64,000 nt of DNA from Takakia lepidozioides (lineage: Eukaryota > Plantae > Bryophyta), in NCBI GenBank assembly GCA_030704615.1, contig CM060733.1:1984001-2048000 (forward strand). The letters are read 5' to 3'. Positions 1 through 11,164 of this stretch are shown piece by piece. The position numbers and the translations under genes are program-made. The notes below the pieces were generated by a model. That model worked only from the letters and a program-made list of their open reading frames with translations. It did no database searches and was not told the origin of the DNA. Each line of letters begins with the position of its first letter. The stretch's first letter is position 1.

Positions 1-2743
1 TTGCCGTACATTTGACACGAGACCCTGCAGTTGTGCACTCTATGTGCCAAATGTGGTCGGGGCACATGGACTCCACAATATCAGGGAGCAAATTTATCTC
101 TTGCACCATTGCAATGGGGTTGTTATATGTTGGAGTCTGCCCTCCTGTCGCAGGTTCCTCAAGAAGGGATGGTCCGGATATATATCTCTCATGCAGAGGG
201 ACACGAGGCGTGGAGAAGTTATCACGGTCTGCCCTGTGCGAATCGGAATCCGAACTAGGAGGGGTGTTCAATTTCCTCTTGCAGGAGCCAAATCTCTCCT
301 CCCCTTCTAGATGTGGAACTCTAGACACAAGAGGCGTTCCCTTGGAACACATGTCCAACGTCCATGCTATCTTGCTTGGATCCCCTGATCTGCTTGCAGC
401 ACGCAACATCAACTCTTGTTTGTCCGGACCCTTCCCACCAACGCCTCCTCTCAAGAAGTCACGATATCTGGTTTGTTGTTGGAGTGCACGTATGAGATCA
501 TCTATTGTTGCCACATACAAATCCCGACCCCGTTTCCCGGACTGTTGCAACCATGTGTTGTGCACTATCTCTGCCAAATTGCAAGATGACATGTCTGCCA
601 TTTCCTCAATGGACATGTTCTGCAAAGTGGAAAACACACTTCAGAATACCAAAGAGGTTACAACACCACCCAAGCAAATGCAAATCTGCACCCCGGAACG
701 ATATGGAAAATGCATGCAATACTAGATACGTACCGTTGTCATGGAGTGTCTGTACCGGAAGTGCCAAAACGCCAACCAATCTTCCAACGCTCTCATACTG
801 TCAAGCAATGCTCCTGAAGAGAACCACCAGGCACGAATTGTCTAGAACAATGTATTCGCCTCCGCCATTGATTTGGCATCTTTGTACTCTTTGCACAACT
901 TACGATGTTGTGTCTGCATCTCAGGTTTGATATCCGCTTTCGTATGTTTCTCCAGAGATTGGGTCCAATGGAACAGACATGTACGCTCTCTTCCCTCCAT
1001 TGGCACCTTTGGGTCCCCCGATCCAAAGATAATCCGCACAACATTGAAATTCGCATGTGCACTATCTGCCATGAAACCAGCAAAATTCGGAGCAAGGACG
1101 CCATGGCACCCCATAACACGAATCAGGGATTTCCACATTAGCTGCTGGGATTCCGAATCCTCCGACTGCATGTCACAAACTGCAATTGTCATAACTCGCT
1201 GGTATACAGGATCGTACACATGACAAGCCATAGTTGTCCAATCTTTCACCCGTTTGACGTGATCAAACATAAGAAAACATTTCTCCAGGTCACCACTCTT
1301 CTGCATCCGCCTGACGAGGCTCACCCCGCTGCCCTCCCCGGTTGTGGACATTTTGAAAAGATATACTTTTGTCGCTCCTTGCCCTGGAAACACACTGTCC
1401 TGTATGTAGTCGTACTTGCTCATTCCTTTCAATTCCAGAATGTTGTCAATGTAGCCTCTATTTCCAGAGCGCATTCTCAATGCATTCACCTGATGGCGAA
1501 TGTTAGGTGAACTCAATGCTGAGAAATGATCCATGACAATGTCCAATGCCGGTCCATCAAGTTTACTTCCCACAGAATCCACTGCACATAAAATATGGCT
1601 ATCCAAGAAGCTCTTGCTTGTGGCAAGAGCGATTGCAGATGTGGTTGCGGATGGGTTGCTCTCGTACTCTTGTTTAATCAACCTTGACACGTCTCAAGAC
1701 TTTCCATGTAATCGCCCTTTGAGACTGGATGGTTATGAAAACCGAAATGCACACAAGCTCGAGTCACAGTTTTCAAACGGTGCACCACGTAGTACATTCT
1801 TGCATCACACACCGCCAGGCATGATGGGATAAGCTTACAAAATTTGCAAACAAAAGTGTCCGTCCGCGAAGGAGCCGCCCCCGGCTTAAATGGATTTTCA
1901 GCGATACCCTCCCACTCGCTCTGGTTGTGAACCCCCGATTGAAGAAAGTGCCTGCAATTGAAATTTTCGCACTTGAGGTGCCCATTGCAAACTCTTCTCC
2001 TGAAGATGAGTTTGTCATGATTTTGAATATTTGACGTTTTCGTCCTACACCATGGGTGTCCATCGTGTCTCTTGTCCATACCATGCATCAGGCTTGAGAT
2101 ACCTCCAATATGAGGAGGAGGAGGGAGCTCGAAAAAGATATCCCCATCAAACGTCTCTGGAAGATATTTCACAGGAACAATATTGAAAGTGTCCCAACGA
2201 ATTCCCCGCAACTCACTTTTGAAACCGGGCATCCCCCTCATTGACCTTAGTTTTGGAATGACACTGGAGATCTCCTGAATATCGTCTTGCACAACTACAA
2301 GAGGATGCACGTCAGTAGTGATTTCAGTGATTTCAGTGATTTCTTCATTTGATGAATCCAAAAGCTCAACGATGGGAGTGGAGGATGTTTCCTCTCTTTT
2401 CACTACAAAGTCCCTTTTGTCTTGAACCACAGAAGCAGCTTTCCCTGGAGTGACATATGATCCAAGGGACTTTCGTCAAGGCTCCCCAAGGACCCTGTAT
2501 CTTCCAGGGCGGACTCTCCACTGTCTGACCAGAGCTGTCTCATCATGGTTTTGGAAGGAGTATTTTAACAACTTCCCGTCTGAACCGTAAATTTCTCTCT
2601 CCAAGAAAATTGTCCCATTTTGTAGCTCAAACCGGGTCACCAAGACATGTTCGAGAACAACAACAAACCCATCGGCAAAGGGCTTCCTTTGAGAACGGCA
2701 CTGGTTTCTCGTCAGAGAAGAACTCCGCTTCAGAGGAAGCCAT
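1..2743 (-). pseudogene. Mutator-like (MULE) DDE transposase with N-terminal GCM/WRKY-like zinc-finger DNA-binding domain; disrupted, runs off the window start
   Basis: ATG at 2743. ORF 1678-2430 has DGHPW..C.GHLKC....C..C..C...H.G.HNHP (GCM/WRKY-like). ORF 842-1690 has LMFDH..FMADSA..CLFHW (MULE core). After the stop at 842 the frame continues (TIRAWWFSSG..WHFRY). A phase-0 GT-AG intron at 733-620 joins it to NMSIEEMADMSSCNLAEIVHN (catalytic E region). Frameshifts and stops are present. Confidence 0.85.
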
Positions 2744-3186
2744 CTTGCCTCCTCTCGTACGATGATCCCTTGCTATCGCAGCTCTTCAGTGAAATCTGTT
2801 GACTGAGGTCTCCAAAACACTGGAGAAGCATGAGCAGAGAATATCGCGGAGGAAGTACACACGATGATTGTGCACATTCTGTTATTCCTTGCCTCTGTCA
2901 AGCTCTTCCTGACATGCCGCCGTCCATTTTAATTACTTTTTTTGTGGGCCCTGTAGACGGAGTATCCTTAGGAGCAATTTTGATAGCTGTTAAAACTTTA
3001 TTGAGAACGTCATCAATATCCCTGCAGTATACATGGTTGGATCGTTTCCCGGGTCCGACCACATGTCCAGATAATTTGGGACACCACTGAGGTGATTTCC
3101 ATCCATCAGCACATATTTTGTGTACCTACGAACCATGAGACAAATTGGAAATCAATCTCTCTATGCAGAAGCCCATTGCTCTCAAA

Positions 3187-3443
3187 GTGAATGTCGGCAC
3201 CGACATTCAAAAAATTCGTGAGAGTAACACTGCCTATAACTATTGGGCACCCTAGAAAACGTACAAGAAATCTCTCAGTATAGAAGCTCACAATAGCTTT
3301 GGATGTGATGGTCGTCAACGACATTCACAAAATTCCATTGAAGAACACTGCCAACACAGCCTAAGTTCCCTAATCCATGTGAATGAAATCTCTATCCATA
3401 GGAGCTCACAGCCATGGAAGTGAATGTCGGCACCGAGATTCAC
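3187..3443. repeat. Array A of 24-bp palindromes (3 copies, ~117-bp spacing)
   Basis: GTGAATGTCGGCACCGACATTCAA at 3187, GTGATGGTCGTCAACGACATTCAC at 3305, GTGAATGTCGGCACCGAGATTCAC at 3420. Confidence 0.85.
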
Positions 3444-3539
3444 TTCCTATCAGTGAAGAGCCCTTCTAACAACGCCTAAGGATTTCTCAGAAGAGGCAAC
3501 ACAGTTTCTAGTTGGAAATGCACCTGTACACAACTCGCA

Positions 3540-6208
3540 TCATGGCCCACTCGCCCCCAACCTGACTGTCAAGTCGTTGGACCGCAAAATGTTACCATCC
3601 TTCGAAAACTCCCGGAAAAAACAGTATCGCCAAGTGAGACCTCTCCACTTCCTGATGTATGCCTCCAATGTCATTTGAGGCGGGGAAACAATAGAAATAT
3701 TCAAGTCCTTCAAATTCTGCTCGAGCACAAGGATGGCGCGCTTCTCCAGCTGCAAAGGGTACATTTGTCAGTTTTGCAAATAAGGTAGTCATTACATTCA
3801 TGAAGTCACCAAAGATGGAACTTCAATGAATACACACCTGACTCCAAAATGTAGCCTTGTGAAGCCAGTTGTCAAACACAATGTCACTGATTCCCTCCAC
3901 CTTTGTGTCAGGTTGTATAGTGCTCTTAGGGAACTGATTCAAGTCCTTCACTGTCTGATCTGAGTTCCAAATCTCCAACCATCTAATTTTTGTTTGGGGT
4001 TCAACCATGGAGATGGCCAGCCGGTGCAATTTCTCCTGCTGCATCTCCGGGTGCTCATGCTTGTTATAGTGAGATTTGATCTACAGAAGGAACTCCTCTC
4101 CAAGGCCAGGATCTACTACTCTAAGCTGCTTAGAGAAGGCGGACATCAGTTTGGTTCTCCGGATTTCATACTCCTTCTTTATTGCTGCCTCCACACCTTT
4201 TGATGTCTAAGTTCCTCTGTTGTAGTGCGGTAGTATTCGGATTTCCCCTTCTCAGCTGCCTCTGCCAGTTCTTGCTGCATTGATCAAAGTAGGGATGAGT
4301 AAAAATGAATTTCAAACATGTATTCAAAAAGACAAGTGAGTACAGGCTCAGCCTTACCGCATACATGTACTCCATAAACGCCTCTCGAGTCAAAGCCAAG
4401 TGCCTTCAGTTCTTCCTGTTTCGCACTTCTTGATTATATCGAGGTGGAGTACTGTGCGAAAATCATCTAGCTTCATCAGATCAATTCTCTGAATTTGGAA
4501 AAGTGTGTGGACCAAGCTTGTTGTCACATGCGATTTCTCTGTCGATCTGCAAAAAAAGTAGAAACAATGCATTGGTAAACATCGTTTTATGGTGGGATGA
4601 ACAAGACATTGAAGAGACATAATAACCAGCCGACTTCTCAGAAGCGTGCCAAAGGATCTGAGGGTGGGATAGCAGACGAAGTAAATGATGGCAAGTGTGA
4701 AAGAGGACCCCCTTTATATAAGTAAGACAGGTTTACAGAGCTAATTTTTGTTGGCGCACATGGGAACCCGAACACTCAACTCCAGTAGTTGTCATCAAAT
4801 TTGTTCCAGCTTGGCCTCTTGCCCTTCGGAAGAACTTCTGGCACAGCCTGCTCGTCCGGAATGTCAAGAATGACCATGTCTGCAGCAAACGTTTTCTGCA
4901 CACCGCACACGAAGGAGGGACACCTGCGACAAACATATTCAATTTGAGAACGAAGAGAAGAATGATTGCAAAGAAACAAATATCAGTACTGCCAATGTCA
5001 CCTACAAATGCAAAGGAAAGAAAGTAAGTTCCCACCAGATTAAGGAAAAAGATCATGTTATCCCAAGTAGGTGAAGGCACCCAGTGTATCTTTTCTTCCG
5101 ACTCTCCATCATCGCCAGCCATCCCTCATTGACAATCTTAATCTCCCCTGCCAAATCAGCACGGGAAGGGTGTGGCCTGGCATCGAACACGCACTGAATT
5201 GTGTGGGTATACCTTCCGGCGGTGAAGTCCTTCTCACTCTCCTTCTATTTCTCCTTCTACTTTTCTTTCTCTTTCCCCTTCTCCTTTTCTTTCTCCTTCT
5301 CCTTCGACTTGTCTTTGTCCTTTGTCTTTGCTGGTGACTTGGCTGTGCCATCTGGAGCCTTGTCTTTGGGTTTGCGCCCACCCTTCTTGCCTTTCTGGGT
5401 TATTTCCTGCGCGTCAGGCTCATTGGCAGCCAATGCTGCTATGTTTCTTTGTTACTCCTCATCGTTCAGAGGTGCCAGCATCTCAGCATGATTGTTCAAA
5501 TATTTCATTTGGTGCTCTTGAAAAGACGTGTGCTCAGGAGGGATGACTTACTTGTTCACGTCGTGCATAGCTATAAGAAGCCTAGCGATGTCGTTTCCAG
5601 GATCTAGAACCATTGCCTCTACAGCAACATGCTTGTCTTTGTCTTTTGAATGATGTTTCTGAATGTATCCCATCCATGCCAGCAAATCGGTGGTTGCCGT
5701 CCCAGACGTAGAACATGTGGTTGCAGAATTGTTGGGTGTTATTTCCCATCATGAGGCCCAGCTCGAACTCCTCATTAACATCTTTCCAGCACTCATCCCA
5801 AGTATCGGTGATCTCAGGAGACAATAATGTGCTTTTCCCATTTGTATCCGTCAGCGACACATAAAAAACTTGTGCACCAAGTCTGTATCCATGCACGAAA
5901 TCAGTTTCCAATTTTGTAATGTCATGGGAAAGTGGAGGACGCACAACAGGCATAGATATCATCCGGCATAGTGGGATGTCAAGACGCCCTCCAGAGACGA
6001 GCATGTCCCTAATAACCTTCTGGGAGTTTACCTTCTGGAATGACATGAGTTCTTTCACCTTGTCAAGGTAGTGCACTTCAGGTTCATCTGTTTCATCGCT
6101 ATTCTCCGAGCTCTTGGCAGACTCGTCCCCATCTCCAGAACCTTTTGCCTCTGTTCCTGTCAGCTTGGACTTCACAGTTTTTTGCACGATGCCATGCCAA
6201 TCAGACAC
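3540..6208 (-). pseudogene. Spliced transposon accessory gene with ParB/Sulfiredoxin-like domain (possibly ParB-methyltransferase-like); disrupted
   Basis: ORF 5582-6208 ends in FYVWDGNHR. Removing one T gives RLLAWMGYIQ..VAVEAMVLDPGNDIARLLIAMHDVN. Three phase-compatible GT-AG introns (5551-4547, 4357-4275, 3837-3750) link the exons KSTEKSHVTTSLVHTLFQIQRI, QELAEAAEKG..WLHKATFWSQ and LEKRAILVLEQ. Several in-frame stops. A candidate upstream exon lies at ~7572-7877 with a GTAAGT donor at 7571. Confidence 0.7.
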
Positions 6209-6225
6209 TCAGTTATGTGCAAATG

Positions 6226-7501
6226 GTGATGGTCGGCACCGACAATCACAGTCCAAATGCAAAACAATGACAGCACGGTGACTTCAAAGTGATTAAAAAT
6301 GTTCAATGCAGATTCTTTACAACAAAAAGTTCTCTATGTTCTGAAGGGACAACGATTGGCGGTACCGACAATCATAATCTGTATGTGTAGCAAACAATAG
6401 CAGAATATGGTAAACCAAATCACTGTGTTTGCAAAGTACCGACCATCAGTCTCTCTTGTCTCAAATCACAGTGATTGGCGGCACCGACAATCACAACCAT
6501 CTACACTAACAACGCTGATACAGACGAATGCAAACCAAAACACTATGACTGCATAGTGATGGTTGGTACCGACCATCACTCTCTTTCTGGGCAAGCAGGT
6601 ACAGGAATGTCCCACGCATTAGCAAATGGCGTTAACGACAATCAAAAAACATTACACTCGAAAGACTGACAAGATCGGTTTGGTGCTAAGAAATATTTCT
6701 CATAGTGATTGGCGACACTGACACTCACTTTAGTTTGTATCAGAAAATGAGTGGAATGCACATTGTCTGAAATGCAAGAAGTCTATGTTTTCAAAGGAAT
6801 GCGATTGACGTTAATGATAACCACTTCTACCATGACTTAATGACAACCACTTTATGCAAAAAACAAGAAACACAGTGTTGGAAAGGAAATCAGAGAGACT
6901 CCATTGTGATGGTCGTTAAAGACAATCACTATTTCTTGTCTCTTTGGAATGTACTTTGCAACTGTTTTTAGACATGAAGCTACAGTATGGTCTCAAGAAA
7001 ATTGATTGGCGGTACCGCCATTCCTCTTCTCTAGTCTGTTCAACCTGAAACAGAGAAAATGCAATGCAAAACAATATGACTAAATAGTGATAGTCGGTGC
7101 AGACCATCACTCTCTCTCCACGCATGCAGGTACAGGAAGCTCACGAGGAGAATCGAATGGCGTTAACGACAATCACACTACACTACAATGGAAAACTGAT
7201 AAGGTTGCATTTGGTGCAAATCAATATTGGATCATAGTTACTATTAGCACCGACGCTCACTTTCTTTTGTATCAGAATGTGAGTTTTGAAATGAAAGAGA
7301 ATACGTTGCCGAAAATCACAGGTTCCTGCTACAGAAAAAAAGGGAAAGAGTGCTGGAAAGACAATCAGAATGACTCTATGGTCTGAAGAACAATGAATGG
7401 CGGTACCGCCAGTCACAAACAACTGGTATGGAAAACCTGAAACGGAGGAATGCAAAGCAAATCAACATGACTTCATAGTGATGGTCAGCACCGACCATCA
7501 C
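6226..7501. repeat. Array B of 24-bp palindromes (~13 full copies plus a half site), with a higher-order ~530-bp duplication
   Basis: Copies start at about 6226, 6352, 6471, 6556, 6622, 6705, 6801, 6906, 7002, 7087, 7153, 7237, 7393 and 7478 (some degenerate), with a half site at 6436. Segment 6556-6780 aligns with 7087-7320. Confidence 0.9.
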
Positions 7502-8325
7502 TTTCTAGGACATTTCACTCACTTACTTCGTACATCTGTAAACAGGAAAAGGAAGGGTGGAGAACACTTACTGGCGCCTTCTTCGGTTTTGAGTTTGGAT
7601 CCCCTTCTGCAGCTTTCCTCTTCCCCTTCACATCTGTCGGAATTCATGTCTGGTCTAGGGTTTGTAGACCTTCTCCCGGTTCTGCGTTCCCCGGACTTCC
7701 ACCTCCTTCAGTTTCCTTGCGAATCATCTCTGCTTCCACAGTCTGGTTTCCAACGCTCACTGTTCCCTCTGGTTGTGTGACAGCTGCAGCCTCATTCTCG
7801 GTCTGCTCTTGTGTTGCAGTCTCCGCGTTCACCTGCTGCCATGGCCCTGTGTCCTCCATCAAACGATGCCTCGTCATTTGCTCTCTTGCTCTGAGTCTCT
7901 CTCTAAGGGAAGTAAAATAAAGTGACTTCCTTCTCTTTCGTATCGTAGAAGGAACCCTCTCCAGCTTGACTACCTCTCTCCCTCTAAGTGCGGAAACAAG
8001 AAAGACAAAGTGACTCTCGATTTCTTGCGGAGTTGCGTGCGTTAGGGATTGTCTCTAGAAGCATCGGATTCCCTCTCGCGTGACCGTTACACAAATGTCA
8101 TTCCCTTATTAGTGCACGTGCCAGCCATTACTGGACAGCTGTTCGTCTGCAATGTAGTTTTCGAAGTCTGACATGTGTCTCCCAAAATGAACGGCGTGTC
8201 GTTTATTTGAAAGGTTTCAATAATTGAATATAAGAGCGACAGATGTTATAAATGAATATAACATTACAAATAAAAAATAATTTGGTCTGACTGCTCCTAG
8301 AGAATTATCTGGCCTATGTTGAAAC

Positions 8326-8427
8326 TATGGGGCCATCTGGCGCACAAACTCAGACGATGCCTATGCCATCAGAACCATGACACCATGGAATAAAAAATAT
8401 GGGGCCATCTGGTGCACAAACTCAGAC
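8326..8427. repeat. 30-bp direct repeat, two copies (probable transposon subterminal repeat)
   Basis: TATGGGGCCATCTGG(C/T)GCACAAACTCAGAC at 8326 and 8398. Confidence 0.8.
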
Positions 8428-8719
8428 AAATATATGTAAGTAAACGAGTATTTGTTGACAAATTTCTGGATATCATACACACTCATCTTTGTAAGCCTAC
8501 CCCACGTTCGTTTCAAAGTTTGGACTTTCCAGGTGCGCATTATCAATTTCTGATGCAGGGACACTTCTACTCTTTCAGTCATGTGACAAGGATAATCGTC
8601 GGGCATTGGCATTGAGGGTGACTCTGACCTATACAAGACTGTGCTCCTCCCCCTTTTGTCTGGCTCTACATCAGGCACACAAACTGAAACGATTCAAATC
8701 CGAAATGATGAGGATCACG

Positions 8720-9130
8720 AGGATAAGCAGGTCCACAACGACTTTTCATGTGAGTAAGTCTGCCGTGGAATTGTCATTCCACTTTGGGTGCCATTTTCAA
8801 TCGCAGACATCAAATTTGTAGTAATAACGTTTTTCTTGGTGTGACTTGCAGGAAAGGCAGCGGTGGATCCCCATTTGTGGCGAGACTGTTTTCGACAGCC
8901 CCCTTTCCACTTTTGTGATTCCTGTGTATGCCAAAGCAATGGCACTTCAAATGGCCGAGGCTCTCTCCCCTGACTTTTTATTGCCCGACCGTAGGTGTAG
9001 CCATCGTAGATCCGGAGTTCTAAAATAATTGGACTTGGATGCAGAGGACGCGGGGATACATTGTACTGACTCTGAGTCAGACTGAACTACGCATTTTTAA
9101 TGTTCTGTTCTCATCCTCGCCTTTTGGCAT
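8720..9130 (-). pseudogene. Possible FAR1/WRKY-like DNA-binding-domain remnant of a second MULE-type element
   Basis: Broken minus-strand frame YDGYTYGRAIKVRGESLGHLKCHCFGIHRNHKSGKG..RYYYKF; many stops. Confidence 0.3.
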
Positions 9131-9174
9131 GTCAAATCTTCCCCACCCTCTCTCTGAGTGACATGGAACCGAAA

Positions 9175-9310
9175 GGAGTGTAACTCCACTAAGGGTTACA
9201 TCAGGTTTCACGGCGGAGACTATAAACTCCACTCAGGGTTACACCAGGATACACGGCGGGGAGTGTAACTTCACTGGGGGTTACACTATGGTACATGGAA
9301 GGGAGTGTAA
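9175..9310. repeat. ~42-bp tandem units each containing a TGTAAC-N10-GTTACA inverted repeat
   Basis: Units at 9175, 9215 (degenerate), 9260 and a partial one at 9302. Confidence 0.75.
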
Positions 9311-9496
9311 TTGATCTACATTTGCTTCTTACTTTATTGCTATATGCCACTGACCATTGGCTCCTTATTCCAGCTAAGTTTAGAAGTGGTCTGGCATCCA
9401 TCTATCCATCTTTTTCTAAGTAGTTGCATACATTTCTGTGTATGTCAGTGCAGTGCAGATGGTGTATGGGAGGGGTGGTGTGGAAGGCGTTGATGA

Positions 9497-10333
9497 TCAG
9501 AAGGGCTTGTCTCCCAGGATGGTGGCGCGGTTCATGATGCGGCGATGCGGAAGGTAATCGGCCACGCCGTAGTGCTGCAATATGCGGTTGTCCCAGAAGG
9601 CAACATCATTGGCTTGCCATCTCCATCTCACTGTGAATTCGGGCTTTGTAGCATGCGCAAACAGAAATCCCAGCAATGCATCGCTCTCGTCCTTTTGCAG
9701 ATCCACAATGCGGGTCAGGAATCCTTGGCTCAGGAAGAGAGCCTTGCGCCCACTGTCAGGATGAGTGCGGATGAGAGGGTGCACCACTGGCGGGTGCTCT
9801 TTCACAGCTTCCTCCCACAGCGCCTTGGGGTCCCCTCGACCTTCGTAGTGGTACCGGGGCTGCGAGAATGACTTGACGAAGCTATGCTCTGCTTTTAGCC
9901 CAAGAAGAAATTGTTGCAATGGCTTTGAGAGCGCCTCGAAGGCTGCAATGTCGCTTGCAAACAGGGTATCACCACCCACGGGAGTTATGAGCTTGCCGCT
10001 CAGGATTGTGCCCAAGGGCGGTGTCTCAATGAAAGTGAAGTCGGTGTGCCACTTATCATTGTCTGGGGGGTGATCACCATCAGAATCCAGCACCATGATT
10101 TCCTTGCCTAAGTTTGGGTAGATTGGATGTATGTGCAAATCACCGAAACGCTTGGCGAAGGCGTGTTGTTGGTGTGGAGTGATCGGCTGGTTGCGGAAGA
10201 AGAGCACCTGATACTGAAGTAAGGCGTCGTTGATGGCTGCCTGCTCTGCATCCTGCAACGGTTCCGCCAGAGAAATGCCTTCGACCACGGCGCCGATGGC
10301 CCTCGTGAGTGGAGTGATTTGCAGAGTACTCAT
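9497..10333 (-). CDS. tauD: TauD-like Fe(II)/2-oxoglutarate-dependent taurine/sulfonate dioxygenase, intronless, bacterial type
   Basis: Intact 278-aa ORF with FGDLHIHPIYP, PPDNDKWHTD (HxD), GGDTLF, HPLIRTHPDSGRKAL, WRWQANDVAFWDNR..QH (distal His) and RRIMNRATILGDKPF. Collinear with proteobacterial TauD over its full length. Confidence 0.93.
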   Translation of the reverse strand: MSTLQITPLTRAIGAVVEGISLAEPLQDAEQAAINDALLQYQVLFFRNQPITPHQQHAFAKRFGDLHIHPIYPNLGKEIMVLDSDGDHPPDNDKWHTDFTFIETPPLGTILSGKLITPVGGDTLFASDIAAFEALSKPLQQFLLGLKAEHSFVKSFSQPRYHYEGRGDPKALWEEAVKEHPPVVHPLIRTHPDSGRKALFLSQGFLTRIVDLQKDESDALLGFLFAHATKPEFTVRWRWQANDVAFWDNRILQHYGVADYLPHRRIMNRATILGDKPF

Positions 10334-11164
10334 GGATCCAGTAAACTTGTTGTTACTGAAGGTCTGACAGTAAGGTGTAAGCCTTCAAGGCTGTAGTGTC
10401 CAATTGCTCTTGGGCACTTGCATCATAACACGAAAGATCAATGCGCTTACCCATGTGCTGTTCAGAACGAGGGCCCTAGGAGTAATTTGCTTATCTACGG
10501 CGAGCAGCAAGACAAGTGTATTGACTCAGACAGCGCAAGTGTAGAATGGCCCACATCGAGTCACCTGGACAATATATTGGAGCAGCGAAGAAATAGACCA
10601 ACAACTGCTGCTGCTCCCCGAAGTCCAAAGACGCCTTAGTTAGAGCCAGCAGGAAGGTCAACGCGTACACCATACTTCTACCTCAATTGCAGCGCCATCA
10701 TCAGCACTTTCCATAGCGGAAATCAAAACTTGCTCTCTTGGTACCACTCGAACATCATTCTCGTATAGCTGAATATCAAACATGCAATCAGACCTTGGCA
10801 GTCCCACGACCATTGACTGAGACTATTCGCTTCTGTGCTAGCTACATAATCTAGATGAATTCAGACCAACCCAGAAGAATTAACCCAGAAAGAGGAAGGG
10901 AATTTCCCATACGAATGTTAAATCTTCCTGTACCCTTCTTGCAGCCACACTGCACACAATCCGGAGAGACCATGCCCCTTGTACTTGGATAGAGAAAACA
11001 ATCTTGTGCAAATGCAATGATTTAACACAACACGCAGAACCTCATAACAGGAGATGAATCTGTGACCTCTTTTCGGAAAACAGATGTTCCGGTGAAAAAA
11101 AAGAAAGGAATAAAGAATTCACTCAGAATGAAATGGCAATCCATCCCACAAACACCACAACCTC

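Noticed and set aside
12-930. Plus-strand ORFs 12-725 and 505-930
   Set aside because: Antisense shadows of the MULE transposase.
6226-7501. CRISPR array
   Set aside because: Repeats are degenerate, spacers vary widely in length and are partly duplicated, no cas genes are present and the context is eukaryotic.
7527-7571. 9-nt micro-exon (TTTACAG-ATGTACGAA-GTAAGT on the minus strand)
   Set aside because: It would need a 36-nt upstream intron, which cannot be supported without transcripts.
9300-10700. Bacterial contig or tau operon
   Set aside because: No tauABC or other bacterial genes nearby, and the flanks are non-coding or transposon DNA. A chimeric join still needs read checking.
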